IMG/VR virus record: IMGVR_UViG_3300049982_000048
Span: 1-34,663 of that record
Origin: a virus
Taxonomy: Duplodnaviria; Caudoviricetes
Direction: 5' to 3' (one strand)
Length of the DNA stretch: 34,663 nt
The stretch's first letter is position 1; every line of letters starts with the position of its first letter. The notes beneath the pieces were generated by a model that saw nothing but the letters and a program-made list of their open reading frames with translations, made no database searches and was not told the DNA's origin. Below, one piece after another: positions 1 to 9,133 of this stretch. A program made the translations under genes and the position numbers.

Positions 1-2
1 CG

Positions 3-374
3 TTCGAGATCTCCGACGCCGACCAGGCGGTAATTATGCGCATCGGTGAAAAGAGCGTGAAGACGAAGGAGCAGGCGATCGTGCTGTGCAAGCAAAACAA
101 GATCAACGCGATGCGTGAAGGACTCCCGAAGGGCGAGAACCCGTTCGCTGAGAGCGGGCCACAATTCTTGCGCATCGTCTGCGACTTGATCGTGAATGGC
201 GGGTTCACCAAAGCGAGTTACAAGGCGCAACTGGTGACCGAGCTGTCCTGGACTGACGGCACTGCCGGTTCGCACGTGGCGATCGCCTGCGCGCTGCTGT
301 TCTCGTTCGGCATTGTGAAGTCGGAGGGCGACAAATTCGTTCTCAATCCTGCGCTCGGTCGAGACAATACATAA
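3..374 (+). CDS. Hypothetical protein, 5'-truncated by the window edge
   Basis: Frame is open from nt 3 through the ORF-track ATG at 36; GC3-rich codon usage. Confidence 0.7.
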   Translation, partial: FEISDADQAVIMRIGEKSVKTKEQAIVLCKQNKINAMREGLPKGENPFAESGPQFLRIVCDLIVNGGFTKASYKAQLVTELSWTDGTAGSHVAIACALLFSFGIVKSEGDKFVLNPALGRDNT

Positions 375-400
375 ATCGAATTACAAACGAAAGGAAGAAC

Positions 401-832
401 ATGCGTGGCTTTTCTGCAATCGGGCTTTACCAGCCCAAGACGCCAGAGAACGTCGGCAGCGCACTGCGCGCCGCGAAGTGCTATGGCTCGTCAATGCTGG
501 CGGTGATGGGTAAGCGCTTCAAGCGCGCTTCCACCGACACGTTCAAGCAATACCGGCACATGCCAGTGTTGGAGGTTGAAGACCTGAAGGCGGTCATCCC
601 GTTCGGTGCGGTGCCGGTCGCCGTTGAACTGATCGAGGGCGCACAAAGCCTGGCGCACTACGAGCACCCGAAACAGGCGTTCTACATCTTCGGGCCGGAA
701 GATGGCTCGATCCCCGAACACGTGCTCGAATGGTGTCGCGACAAGGTGTATGTGCCGACCAACGGCTGCATGAACCTGGCGGCGACCGTCAACGTCGTTC
801 TTTATGACCGTATGGCAAAGGAGAAAGCATGA
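401..832 (+). CDS. SpoU/TrmH-family (SPOUT) RNA methyltransferase
   Basis: Motifs PENVGSALRAA, FYIFGPEDGSI, VPTNGCMNLAATVNVVLYD; RBS AAGGAAG. Confidence 0.9.
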   Translation: MRGFSAIGLYQPKTPENVGSALRAAKCYGSSMLAVMGKRFKRASTDTFKQYRHMPVLEVEDLKAVIPFGAVPVAVELIEGAQSLAHYEHPKQAFYIFGPEDGSIPEHVLEWCRDKVYVPTNGCMNLAATVNVVLYDRMAKEKA

Positions 833-1059
833 AAGGTGGCACTTACGCAGAAGCCCTAAAAGTAGGCTTCACCGAACAGCAGGCGGGCTTTTTTGGCCGC
901 ATGAATGGAGAGATTGTCGACGAGGCGGTCGATGTGGTTCGGTATAAAGACGAGATGAGTCGGGTCGGGCAGGCAAAGCAGCGCCGTCGCCGCAACGGCA
1001 CCATCTTCTGGGCCACATTCATGGTCATCCTGGGTATCGTCATTGGAAAGCTCGCATGA
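829..1059 (+). CDS. Small membrane-anchored protein (weakly DUF1640-like)
   Basis: GFTEQQA motif, basic stretch, C-terminal hydrophobic helix; ATGA overlaps on both sides. Confidence 0.6.
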   Translation: MKGGTYAEALKVGFTEQQAGFFGRMNGEIVDEAVDVVRYKDEMSRVGQAKQRRRRNGTIFWATFMVILGIVIGKLA

Positions 1060-4000
1060 ACATCAATCACGCCTTATCGGTTCGTTCCGACTTCTCGGTC
1101 GGTCAATCGCTGCTGCAAGTCGATCACATCATCGACAACGCCAAAAAGCATGGCTACGAGTCGGTCGCGCTGGTGGACGACATGTCGATCCACAACATGG
1201 TCGACTTCTCCAACCGCTGTAAGAAAGCGGGCATCAAGCCGATCATCGGCTGTCGACTGCGGGTGGTGGATGACCCGACCTACCGCAAGCCTGGCAAGGC
1301 ATCCGGCATCAAGGAAGTGCCGAACCCACTGGTGATGATCAAGGTGTATGCCGTCGACGAGCGCGGCATCAGTGGCTTGCTGAAGCTGCTGTCTAAAGCC
1401 AACAGCAAGGACTACTTCTATTATCATTCCCGCGTCGGCTGGCAGGATGTGATGGAGCTGGAAGGCGTGATCGTCACGACCGGCGACTTCTTCAGCTTGT
1501 TCCACCATCCCAATCAGAACGCGATCCTGGATGACCTGATCCGGCACTTCGACGACAAGCTGTATGTGGAGCTGGTGCCCATCGACACGCCGCTGTTCGA
1601 CACGTTGAACGCCAAAGCGCTCAAGTGCGCGCTCGACACGACGGTGCCGACCATCGTCACCTATCCATTCATGTATCAGGATGACGCCGACGCCGACACG
1701 CTGTCGGTCTTGAACGCCATCACGACCAACACGAAAATGTCCGTGCGCTACCGTCCAGTGCAGCATGTGAAGGACTTCGGCTTCAAGCGCCCGATCGACC
1801 TGGCGACCCGCGTAGCTGGCGCCCACAACCGCCAGAAGAAGTGGAATGGCGTCAGTGCGGGTGCGCTCTGGAAGCAGGGCATGGCGAACATCGAGAAGGT
1901 CGCCGATGCCTGCACCTACGAATTCAAGAAACAGCCGGTGTCGCTGCCGCAGATGGCAACCAACGAGTTCGAAGCGCTTGGCAAAAAGTGCATCGCCGGC
2001 TGGAAGAAGCGCTTCACACAGCCGATTCTCGGCTACATGCCAGGTCCGGCTGACATCCCGAAATACCAGGAGCGCCTGAAATACGAACTGTCGGTCCTTA
2101 AAAAGATGGGCTTCGCTGGCTACTTCCTGCTGGTCGAGGATCTGGTGACGTGGGCCAAGACCAATGGCATCATCGTCGGCCCTGGCCGCGGTTCGGTCGG
2201 CGGTTCGCTGGTCGCTTACCTGGTCGGCATCACTGACGTCGATCCGATCCGCTTCGACCTCCTGTTCGAGCGCTTCATCAATCCCGAACGTTTGGACTTG
2301 CCTGACGCCGACCTTGACTTCATGTCGACCCGGCGCCACGAAGTGATCGAATACCTGCGCGACAAATACGGTGCCGATCGGGTGGCGGGCATCTCGAACT
2401 TTTCGACGCTTGCCAGTGCGTCGGCATTGCGCGATACCGGGCGCGTGCATGAGCTGGATAACCTGACGCTGTCGGCGACCAAGCTGGTGCCGAAAGAGCA
2501 CGGTCAGTCCTACACGCTGGCTGAATCCGCAAAGGTGGTGCCGGAGCTGGAGAAATTCCGTGACGAGAACGAGGCGATCTGGAACCATGCGCTGAAGCTG
2601 GAAGGCGTGATGCGGGCGTTTGCCAAACACGCTGCGGGTGTGGTGGTTGGTGGCATGCCGCTGATCAACCGCGCGGTGGTCGAAACCCGCGAGTCGGATG
2701 ACGGCATTCCGGTGGTCAATTGGGATAAGCGGGTGGTCGAGGATTGGGGCTTGGTGAAGATGGATATTTTGGGCCTGTCCACGCTCGACGTGCTGGAGAT
2801 CGCCCGCCAATACATCAAAGAGCGCCATCACAAAGACGTCAGCTACATCAGCCTGCCACTGCCGGAAGACGACATCATGGACGCTTTCGGGCGCGGTGAC
2901 ACGATCGGCGTGTTTCAGTTCGAGTCGCCAGGCATGAAGAAGCTGCTGCGCGACCTGGCGCAGGGCGGCCGCCTGACGTTCGAGGACATCACCGCCGCGA
3001 CCGCACTGTATCGACCGGGTCCGATGGATTCGGGCCTGATGGAAGACTTCGTGCAGATCAAGCAGGGCACCAAGGTGCCGTATTACGAGCACCCGAGCAT
3101 GGAGGCGGCGCTGCACTCGACCTACTCGGTCATCGTCTACCAGGAGCAGGTGATGCAACTGGCGGTCGACCTGGCGGGCTTTACCCGCGCCGAAGCAGAT
3201 CACCTGCGTAAAGCGATGGGTAAGAAGGACAAGGACAAGATGGCCGAGATGCGCGACAAGTGGGTCAAAGGCTGCGAAACCGCGTCCGGCATGGGGGAAG
3301 TGCCAGCGGGTGACCTGTTCGATAAGATCGAAGCGTTCGCCGGCTATGGCTTCAACCGGTCCCACGCGGTCGAGTATTCCATCATCTCCTACTGGACCAT
3401 GTGGCTGCGGGTGCGCTATCCGGCCGAATACTTTGCTGCCTGCCTGTCGATCGTTGGCGACGACAAGCTGGAAGGCTTGGTCAAGGATGCGCGCGAGTAT
3501 GGGATCGAAGTGCTGCCGCCCGATATTAACCTGTCCTCGTATCGGTTCACGATTCCCGATGACAAGCATCTGCTGGCGCCCTTTAGCAGTGTTATGGGCA
3601 TCTCTGAAAACACGGCGAAGCGTATTGTCGAACTGCGCGATACAACGGGTGGCAAGTTCGTCGACCTGGACCACTTCCTGAATGTGACAACGGCGAAGGG
3701 ATCCAAGGTCAACAGCAAGGTGCGCGATAACCTGGACAAGGTCGGCGCATTGGTTCCGCTGCAACCGGGCGGCACGCCAGCACGACATATGGACCGCCGC
3801 AAAGACCAGATCGCGCTGATGCCAGGCTTGATCGTGGACTCGGTGAAGGCAGATCGGGCGACCGATGTGAAGGATCCGTTCCTGCGCACCAAGATCATTC
3901 ACGTGATCCAGGACTATCGCAAGTGCGAAGGCTGCGACCTGGCAGGGCAACCGCACCCGGCGGTGCGCATGAAAAGCAACGTCAAGTTCATGGTGGTGTC

Positions 4001-4430
4001 GGACTGCCCAAGCTGGCAGGAAGAGAAAGACGGCAAGCTGCTGGAAGGCGACTCGGCCGACTTTATCAAAGCCGCCATCAAGGATGCGGGACTGTCGCCG
4101 GCTGATGGCTACTACACCACGCTGGTCAAGGCAAAGAAGAACGACAAGTTCCTCTCGAACGGGCAGATCAACGGCTGTGCCGGCTTTCTGAACCGCGAGG
4201 TCGAACTGATCAAGCCGCCGATCATCGTGGCATTGGGCAGCGCCTCGATCAAGCGCTTCGTGCCAGGCGTTAAGGGAGGCACCGCGGAGCTGGCGGGGAA
4301 AGTCATCTATGACCCGACGCTCGACGCGTCCATCGTCTGCGGCATCAACGCGCAGCAGATCATTTTTGACGCCAGCAAGGCTGAAGTGTTGGCGACAGTG
4401 TTTCAAAAGGTCGCCGACATGCTTTCATAG
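1056..4430 (+). CDS. dnaE: DNA polymerase III alpha subunit with C-terminal family-4 uracil-DNA glycosylase-like domain
   Basis: PHP domain, GRGSVGGSLVAY, LLFERFINPERLDLPDADLDF, KMDILGL, GVFQFES, YGFNRSH; C-terminal CEGC...EVELIKPPIIVALG. Confidence 0.96.
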   Translation: MNINHALSVRSDFSVGQSLLQVDHIIDNAKKHGYESVALVDDMSIHNMVDFSNRCKKAGIKPIIGCRLRVVDDPTYRKPGKASGIKEVPNPLVMIKVYAVDERGISGLLKLLSKANSKDYFYYHSRVGWQDVMELEGVIVTTGDFFSLFHHPNQNAILDDLIRHFDDKLYVELVPIDTPLFDTLNAKALKCALDTTVPTIVTYPFMYQDDADADTLSVLNAITTNTKMSVRYRPVQHVKDFGFKRPIDLATRVAGAHNRQKKWNGVSAGALWKQGMANIEKVADACTYEFKKQPVSLPQMATNEFEALGKKCIAGWKKRFTQPILGYMPGPADIPKYQERLKYELSVLKKMGFAGYFLLVEDLVTWAKTNGIIVGPGRGSVGGSLVAYLVGITDVDPIRFDLLFERFINPERLDLPDADLDFMSTRRHEVIEYLRDKYGADRVAGISNFSTLASASALRDTGRVHELDNLTLSATKLVPKEHGQSYTLAESAKVVPELEKFRDENEAIWNHALKLEGVMRAFAKHAAGVVVGGMPLINRAVVETRESDDGIPVVNWDKRVVEDWGLVKMDILGLSTLDVLEIARQYIKERHHKDVSYISLPLPEDDIMDAFGRGDTIGVFQFESPGMKKLLRDLAQGGRLTFEDITAATALYRPGPMDSGLMEDFVQIKQGTKVPYYEHPSMEAALHSTYSVIVYQEQVMQLAVDLAGFTRAEADHLRKAMGKKDKDKMAEMRDKWVKGCETASGMGEVPAGDLFDKIEAFAGYGFNRSHAVEYSIISYWTMWLRVRYPAEYFAACLSIVGDDKLEGLVKDAREYGIEVLPPDINLSSYRFTIPDDKHLLAPFSSVMGISENTAKRIVELRDTTGGKFVDLDHFLNVTTAKGSKVNSKVRDNLDKVGALVPLQPGGTPARHMDRRKDQIALMPGLIVDSVKADRATDVKDPFLRTKIIHVIQDYRKCEGCDLAGQPHPAVRMKSNVKFMVVSDCPSWQEEKDGKLLEGDSADFIKAAIKDAGLSPADGYYTTLVKAKKNDKFLSNGQINGCAGFLNREVELIKPPIIVALGSASIKRFVPGVKGGTAELAGKVIYDPTLDASIVCGINAQQIIFDASKAEVLATVFQKVADMLS

Positions 4431-4439
4431 GAGGAGATT

Positions 4440-4586
4440 ATGAAACCACGCATCAAACTTCGGGACGGCCAGTGGGCAGCGTTTGTGACGCGAGACATGA
4501 ACCCGCAGATCCGCAAGCTGGCGATCAATTTCGCGATACGTCGCAATGAAAGCGAGGGTCGTTGTCCACGGTTGCCGTTCTTTTAA
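4440..4586 (+). CDS. 48-aa hypothetical protein (MKPRIKLRDGQW...)
   Basis: Strong RBS AGGAGGAG right after the dnaE stop; below the ORF-track length cutoff. Confidence 0.6.
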   Translation: MKPRIKLRDGQWAAFVTRDMNPQIRKLAINFAIRRNESEGRCPRLPFF

Positions 4587-4596
4587 CTGTTACATA

Positions 4597-4639
4597 AGTC
4601 ATTAATGACTAACAAAAGCCTGCAAACAGCAGGTATCAT
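4597..4639 (+). promoter_or_regulatory. Operator palindrome AGTCA-TTAA-TGACT with downstream -10-like TATCAT (4634-4639)
   Basis: Perfect palindrome; member of the 14-copy intergenic family. Confidence 0.75.
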
Positions 4640-4673
4640 TGAATCACGAAGCAAACTCTTATAGGAGATCAAC

Positions 4674-5717
4674 ATGGCAGCACAGAAAGAAATCCCGATG
4701 GACGATTCGGAGCTTGATGCTCTGATGGCGGAACTCGACGCTGAAACCGCCGGCATGGTCCTCACCCCGACCGTAGCGGTAGCGGCGGCGCCCGAACCGA
4801 CATCGCTGGACCCCGACGACCAGGAAATCGCTGATTTGGCGGCTGAGCTGAACGCGACAGGCCAAGTCTCGACCAACGACGCCGTTGCGCTGGCCCAGGC
4901 GGAAGCCACCCGCGCAGCAGAAACGCCAGCACCGCAGACCGAAGAGGATGAGCTGGCAGCGCTGCAAGCGGAACTCGATGCCGAAGAAGGCAAGTCGGCC
5001 CCCGCATCAGTGGTGGCAAAAAAATCGATCGAAATCGTCGGGAACCAAGCGCTGGAGCCAGTTTCAGCCGATTCTAAAAGCGGCAAAAAAGTCGGCGACG
5101 ACGTGCGTCGCATCGTTGCCGGTCAACCGACCTTGGTTGAGCAGATCGCCGCCAATAAGGCTGCCGAAACCGCCCCGACGCCGGTCGCGACCGACGAACC
5201 GGTCCACCCGAACCCGGAGCCGGCGAAAAAGCAGCCCAAGCTCCAGTTCTATCTGGATGTGGATGCCTTCAAGAACGAGATCGCGGTCTCCGAAAACAAT
5301 CTCGACAATTGCATGATGCAGCAGGCGGGTCTGTTCGCTTGGCATGCCTCTGAAGGCGCCCGCGCTGAAGCCCAATATGCGCGGGTCAAGCTGCGCTTTG
5401 ATGTGGTTGAAGCCAGGCTGTATGACCGCCACCGCAAGGCGATCGCGGCGGCCGGTGAGAAAGCCACAGAGAAGTCAATCGAGAACGCTGTGCGCCAGGA
5501 TCCGGAATGGCTGCAAGCGAAGAATTTGGTGATCGAAGCGGAGATGCTGGCGTCGATCAATAAGGGCGCGGTCGAAGCGCTGCGTCACCGTAAGGACATG
5601 GTGGTGCAGATGGGTGCCGATCGTCGCGAGGAATACAAGGGCCAGACCCGAATCTCGATCGATCCGGCTGATGTGCGTGCCCGCGCCATTGCCGCAGGAA
5701 AGCTTGCGGCAGCTTGA
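4674..5717 (+). CDS. UvsY-like recombination mediator domain with a long acidic, Ala/Pro-rich N-terminal extension
   Basis: C-terminal ~150 aa helical domain (EARLYDRHRK...TEKSIENAVRQDPEW...GAVEALRHRKDM) resembling T4 UvsY-type proteins; next to SSB and recA; RBS AGGAG. Confidence 0.55.
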   Translation: MAAQKEIPMDDSELDALMAELDAETAGMVLTPTVAVAAAPEPTSLDPDDQEIADLAAELNATGQVSTNDAVALAQAEATRAAETPAPQTEEDELAALQAELDAEEGKSAPASVVAKKSIEIVGNQALEPVSADSKSGKKVGDDVRRIVAGQPTLVEQIAANKAAETAPTPVATDEPVHPNPEPAKKQPKLQFYLDVDAFKNEIAVSENNLDNCMMQQAGLFAWHASEGARAEAQYARVKLRFDVVEARLYDRHRKAIAAAGEKATEKSIENAVRQDPEWLQAKNLVIEAEMLASINKGAVEALRHRKDMVVQMGADRREEYKGQTRISIDPADVRARAIAAGKLAAA

Positions 5718-5745
5718 TTAACGCCTCAGTTTTGGCTAACGAGTA

Positions 5746-5765
5746 AGTCACTGCTGAGCTATAAT
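5746..5765 (+). promoter_or_regulatory. Operator AGTCA-CTGC-TGAGC abutting -10 TATAAT (SSB promoter)
   Basis: Same arrangement at 10512, 20196, 28039. Confidence 0.8.
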
Positions 5766-5836
5766 AGAAGTGCTGAAACGATGAAAATCTAAAAGGCACT
5801 TTGAACTTTAAACCTCACCACGAAAGAACCGAAAAC

Positions 5837-6688
5837 ATGGATCAATCCAAACTGATGGCGCTGTTGGCCTCCAAGAAGCAAGCAATGAAAAAGGTCGCCA
5901 AGACCGTCAAGCCGCAGACAGGCAAGAATCGCGTGCGTATTCTGCCAGGCTGGCGCAAAGGGGAAGAATTCGTTTGGTTCCACGACTTCGGTCAGCACTT
6001 CGTCAAGAATGCTGCCGACGAGTTGCAAGCGGTCTACCTGTGCACCAGCGCCACGTATGAAAAGCCGTGCGAAGTTTGCGCAGCGTTGTCGGTCGCTTCC
6101 AAAGGCGTCACCGATGACGAAACCCTGGAAGTCTTGGGCCAGGCTCGTGCGAACAAATCGATCCTCGTCAACGCACTCATGCTCGACTCCACCGAGCCGA
6201 ATACACCGGTCATCCTTGAACTGAAGAGCGGCGTGTTTGGTGAAATTCTGGAGATCATCGAAGAGTATGAAGGCAAGCCGCTGGATCCGGAACTCGGCCA
6301 GGAAATCATCATCACCCGCGAAGGCACTGGCAAACTGACCAAATACAAGGCGATGATTGGTCCGAAGGTCTATAAGGTGCCACCGGCCGCTCTCACGCAA
6401 TTGCACGACCTCGACGCCTACGTCAAGCAGGAGTCGGACGAGAACAAGCGTAAGGCGATCGCCGCGGTCAACAGCGTTGCGGGCTTCTTGCCTGCGCCGT
6501 CCGGTAGCGACGTGCCGAAGACCACGGCAAGCCGCCTCGCAGCTCCCGCCAAAGCACCCGCTGCGACGGAGTTTGAGGATGTGCCGGATTTCGACGAGAA
6601 GCCGGCAGCAGCAAAGACAGCGGCACCCGCTGCCCGCGCCGACGTCGCGCTCGATTCCGAGCTGGACGATCTCCTGAACGACATCTAA
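5837..6688 (+). CDS. T4 gp32-like single-stranded DNA-binding protein
   Basis: NRVRILP; H...C...CEVC Zn ligands; ITREGTGKLTKY; acidic tail ELDDLLNDI resembling the T4 gp32 C-terminus; ATG at 5837 preferred over TTG at 5801. Confidence 0.8.
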   Translation: MDQSKLMALLASKKQAMKKVAKTVKPQTGKNRVRILPGWRKGEEFVWFHDFGQHFVKNAADELQAVYLCTSATYEKPCEVCAALSVASKGVTDDETLEVLGQARANKSILVNALMLDSTEPNTPVILELKSGVFGEILEIIEEYEGKPLDPELGQEIIITREGTGKLTKYKAMIGPKVYKVPPAALTQLHDLDAYVKQESDENKRKAIAAVNSVAGFLPAPSGSDVPKTTASRLAAPAKAPAATEFEDVPDFDEKPAAAKTAAPAARADVALDSELDDLLNDI

Positions 6689-6712
6689 CCAGCCACGCGC
6701 TGACACGATGAT

Positions 6713-6745
6713 GGGTCGGTCTCACAAGGGCCGGCCCTTTCTATC
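6713..6745 (+). terminator. Probable intrinsic terminator after the SSB gene
   Basis: GGGTCGGTC/GGCCGGCCC stem with GU pairs, followed by TTTCTATC. Confidence 0.55.
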
Positions 6746-6756
6746 TGGAGAGAACG

Positions 6757-7674
6757 ATGTCCAAAACTTTACTCATTGATGCCAACGCGATCGGTCGCGC
6801 CGCTAACCATGCGACGAAGCTGACCGCCAACGGCATGGAGACCCAAGCGATTTTCGGGTTCCTCAAGACCATGAAAGTCCTGCGCACCCGCATGGCTACC
6901 TACACGCCACTGGTGCTGTGGGATGGCAAAGCGGACTGGCGCTACAAGCTTTACCCCGAATACAAGCAGAGCCGCAAGACCGACCCAAAGAAGGCAGCCG
7001 CTCGCGAAGCCTACAAGAAGCAGGTGCCAATGATCGAGGTCGCCCTGCGCCACCTCGGCGTGCGTCAGTTGACGGTTGCGAACATGGAGGCCGATGACCT
7101 CGGTGGCTACTTCGCTGTCAAGCTGTCCGCAGATCCGGCCAACTCGGTCGGGCTGATTACCGGCGACGAAGACTGGCGGCAGTTGGTGCGCGGCGGTGCG
7201 GGTGCGGGCAACGTCTGGTGGCGCGATATGCGCGACGACAGCAAGTTCGTGGACCATAAGACGTTCTACGACAAGACCGGCTGCAAGTCGCCGTTTCAAT
7301 TCCTCGAATCGAAGATCCTGCAAGGCGACACGTCTGATGAAATCGGCGGCGTCGGTGGCCTGGGTGAAACCTACGCCACTGAATTGCTGGCTCAGTTCGG
7401 CAGTGTGCGCAACTTCTGGCGCATGGTCGACAGCGGCGAGTTCAAGCCGAAATACGTCAGGCATAAAACCCTGGCATCGCCGGAGGGCCGCACCCTCTAC
7501 AAGCGCAACTTCCAACTGATGCAATTGCTTCGGGTTGACCCGCCAAAGAAAGAGTTGACCAATCTCGATCCAGGCAAGTTCGACAAAGAGGCTTTCGCGA
7601 ATATCTGTGAAGAGCTGTCCTTCATCTCGATCCTGAAAAACCTGGACGAGTTCACTGCATTGTTTCAACAATAG
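6757..7674 (+). CDS. 5'-3' exonuclease / flap endonuclease (Pol I N-terminal, T4 RNase H family)
   Basis: LLIDAN, EADD, TGDED, H3TH motif GDTSDEIGGVGGLG. Confidence 0.92.
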   Translation: MSKTLLIDANAIGRAANHATKLTANGMETQAIFGFLKTMKVLRTRMATYTPLVLWDGKADWRYKLYPEYKQSRKTDPKKAAAREAYKKQVPMIEVALRHLGVRQLTVANMEADDLGGYFAVKLSADPANSVGLITGDEDWRQLVRGGAGAGNVWWRDMRDDSKFVDHKTFYDKTGCKSPFQFLESKILQGDTSDEIGGVGGLGETYATELLAQFGSVRNFWRMVDSGEFKPKYVRHKTLASPEGRTLYKRNFQLMQLLRVDPPKKELTNLDPGKFDKEAFANICEELSFISILKNLDEFTALFQQ

Positions 7675-7683
7675 GAATTCAAC

Positions 7684-8715
7684 ATGACTACAGCATTTGC
7701 ACGTCCGACAAAGGGCGCATCCGCCTTCGCGGAAGACTTCGAAAAGACGTTGGGTGATAACGACGCCAGCGCCACCGTCACCCATTTCATCGATACCGGC
7801 TTCTTGCCATTGAACCGAGCCATGTCGGGTCGCACCGAGGGCGGCTTGCCGCAAGGGCGTCTGATGGAAGTTTACGGGCCGTCGTCGTCAGGTAAGACAG
7901 CACTGGCAACCGAGTGGATGGCGCAGTCGCAGCGTATGGGTGGTGTTGCCGGCTTCCGCGATTGGGAGCGCTCTTTCAGCCAGGTGGTCGCGCAGGAGGG
8001 CTTCGGGCTTGACCTGGCCCTGCCTTACTGGTCCTACAAGAAACCGCGCACATGGGAAGAAGGCAACATGCAGGCACTCGCGTATGCCCGTTGGGTGCGT
8101 GAGAAGGGTGTCATCCATGAAGAAGCACCGATCCTGATCGTGCTCGACTCCATCGCGTCGGCAGTGCCGGCGTCGTCGGCGGGCAAGAACATGGACGAAC
8201 TGACGATGAACGACACGACCGCATTGGCGCGCGTCACATCGACAACGCTGAAATCGATGGCGCTCGGTGCCGAAGACTTCAACGCCACCTTCCTGTATCT
8301 GAACCAGATCCGGACCAAGCCTGGCGTCGTCTACGGCGACCCAACAACCACACCTGGCGGTGGCGCAATGGAGTTCTACTCGACGGTGCGTTTGGCGCTC
8401 TCGCGTGAGAAGGTCATGGCGCAGGTTGACGGCGTGAAGGAATTCGTTGGCCAAAACATCAACATCAAGTGCGTGAAATCCAAGCTGACCAAGCCATTCG
8501 ACACGTGCTCGATCCGCCTGACGTTCAACGACGCCGGCATTGCGATGTTCGACCGCGAACTTTCCACCGTCGAGGCTTTGCTCGAAGCGGGCAAGCTGGT
8601 CGAGCCAAAGAAGGGCTTTGTCGAATGGGAAGGGAAGCAGGTCGGCAAGAAGGTGTTCGCCGAGAAGGCGCGCGCCGAGAAGCTGCTGCCGATGTTGAAC
8701 AAGCTGTTCGGGTAA
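7684..8715 (+). CDS. recA: RecA/UvsX-family recombinase
   Basis: GGLPQGRLMEVYGPSSSGKT, LIVLDSIAS, LNQIRTKPGVVYGDPTTTPGG. Confidence 0.95.
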   Translation: MTTAFARPTKGASAFAEDFEKTLGDNDASATVTHFIDTGFLPLNRAMSGRTEGGLPQGRLMEVYGPSSSGKTALATEWMAQSQRMGGVAGFRDWERSFSQVVAQEGFGLDLALPYWSYKKPRTWEEGNMQALAYARWVREKGVIHEEAPILIVLDSIASAVPASSAGKNMDELTMNDTTALARVTSTTLKSMALGAEDFNATFLYLNQIRTKPGVVYGDPTTTPGGGAMEFYSTVRLALSREKVMAQVDGVKEFVGQNINIKCVKSKLTKPFDTCSIRLTFNDAGIAMFDRELSTVEALLEAGKLVEPKKGFVEWEGKQVGKKVFAEKARAEKLLPMLNKLFG

Positions 8716-8736
8716 CAGCCGGCAGATCCAAGCAAC

Positions 8737-8780
8737 GACCCCTCTATAATGACTTGGCAACAGTCAACTATAGAGGGGTC
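8737..8780 (+). promoter_or_regulatory. Hairpin sequestering the RBS of the next gene, with TATAAT in its left arm
   Basis: GACCCCTCTATA (8737-8748) is the exact reverse complement of TATAGAGGGGTC (8769-8780); inner TGACT/AGTCA pairing; ATG at 8783. Confidence 0.75.
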
Positions 8781-8782
8781 AA

Positions 8783-9133
8783 ATGGAAACGCAAGTATTG
8801 GATTTTATTCCGCCGGTCGCAGGTCTGGACACTGAGTTCAACACCTTCCGGCTCGGCGGGGCACTGGTAAAACGACTGAAGGAAGGCGACGAAGTCTTCC
8901 TGATGGATGGGAAAAACAAGGTGGTATTTGGACGTGCGCAAGTGCTGCGCATCGAGGCAGGGCGGTTGGGCGAATTGTGCCTGATGCACGCGGCGAAGAA
9001 TCACCGCGAGTTGGCAAATGACCCGAACGATGCGCCGGAGCGGCTGTTCAAATACCTGCAAAAGCTTTACGGACCACACATTGCGACGGCGACGAAGAAG
9101 TCCTGTGTGATCTACATGCGGAGGTTGGAATGA
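8783..9133 (+). CDS. ASCH/PUA-like domain protein
   Basis: FNTFRLG...LKEGDEVFL...FGRAQVLRIE pattern typical of the ASCH fold. Confidence 0.6.
   Translation: METQVLDFIPPVAGLDTEFNTFRLGGALVKRLKEGDEVFLMDGKNKVVFGRAQVLRIEAGRLGELCLMHAAKNHRELANDPNDAPERLFKYLQKLYGPHIATATKKSCVIYMRRLE

Noticed and set aside
1074-4406. 1110-aa minus-strand ORF (and similar ones at 6769-7854, 12583-14121, 17649-20060)
   Set aside because: Antisense shadows of real + strand genes caused by GC3-biased codon usage; no motifs or RBS.
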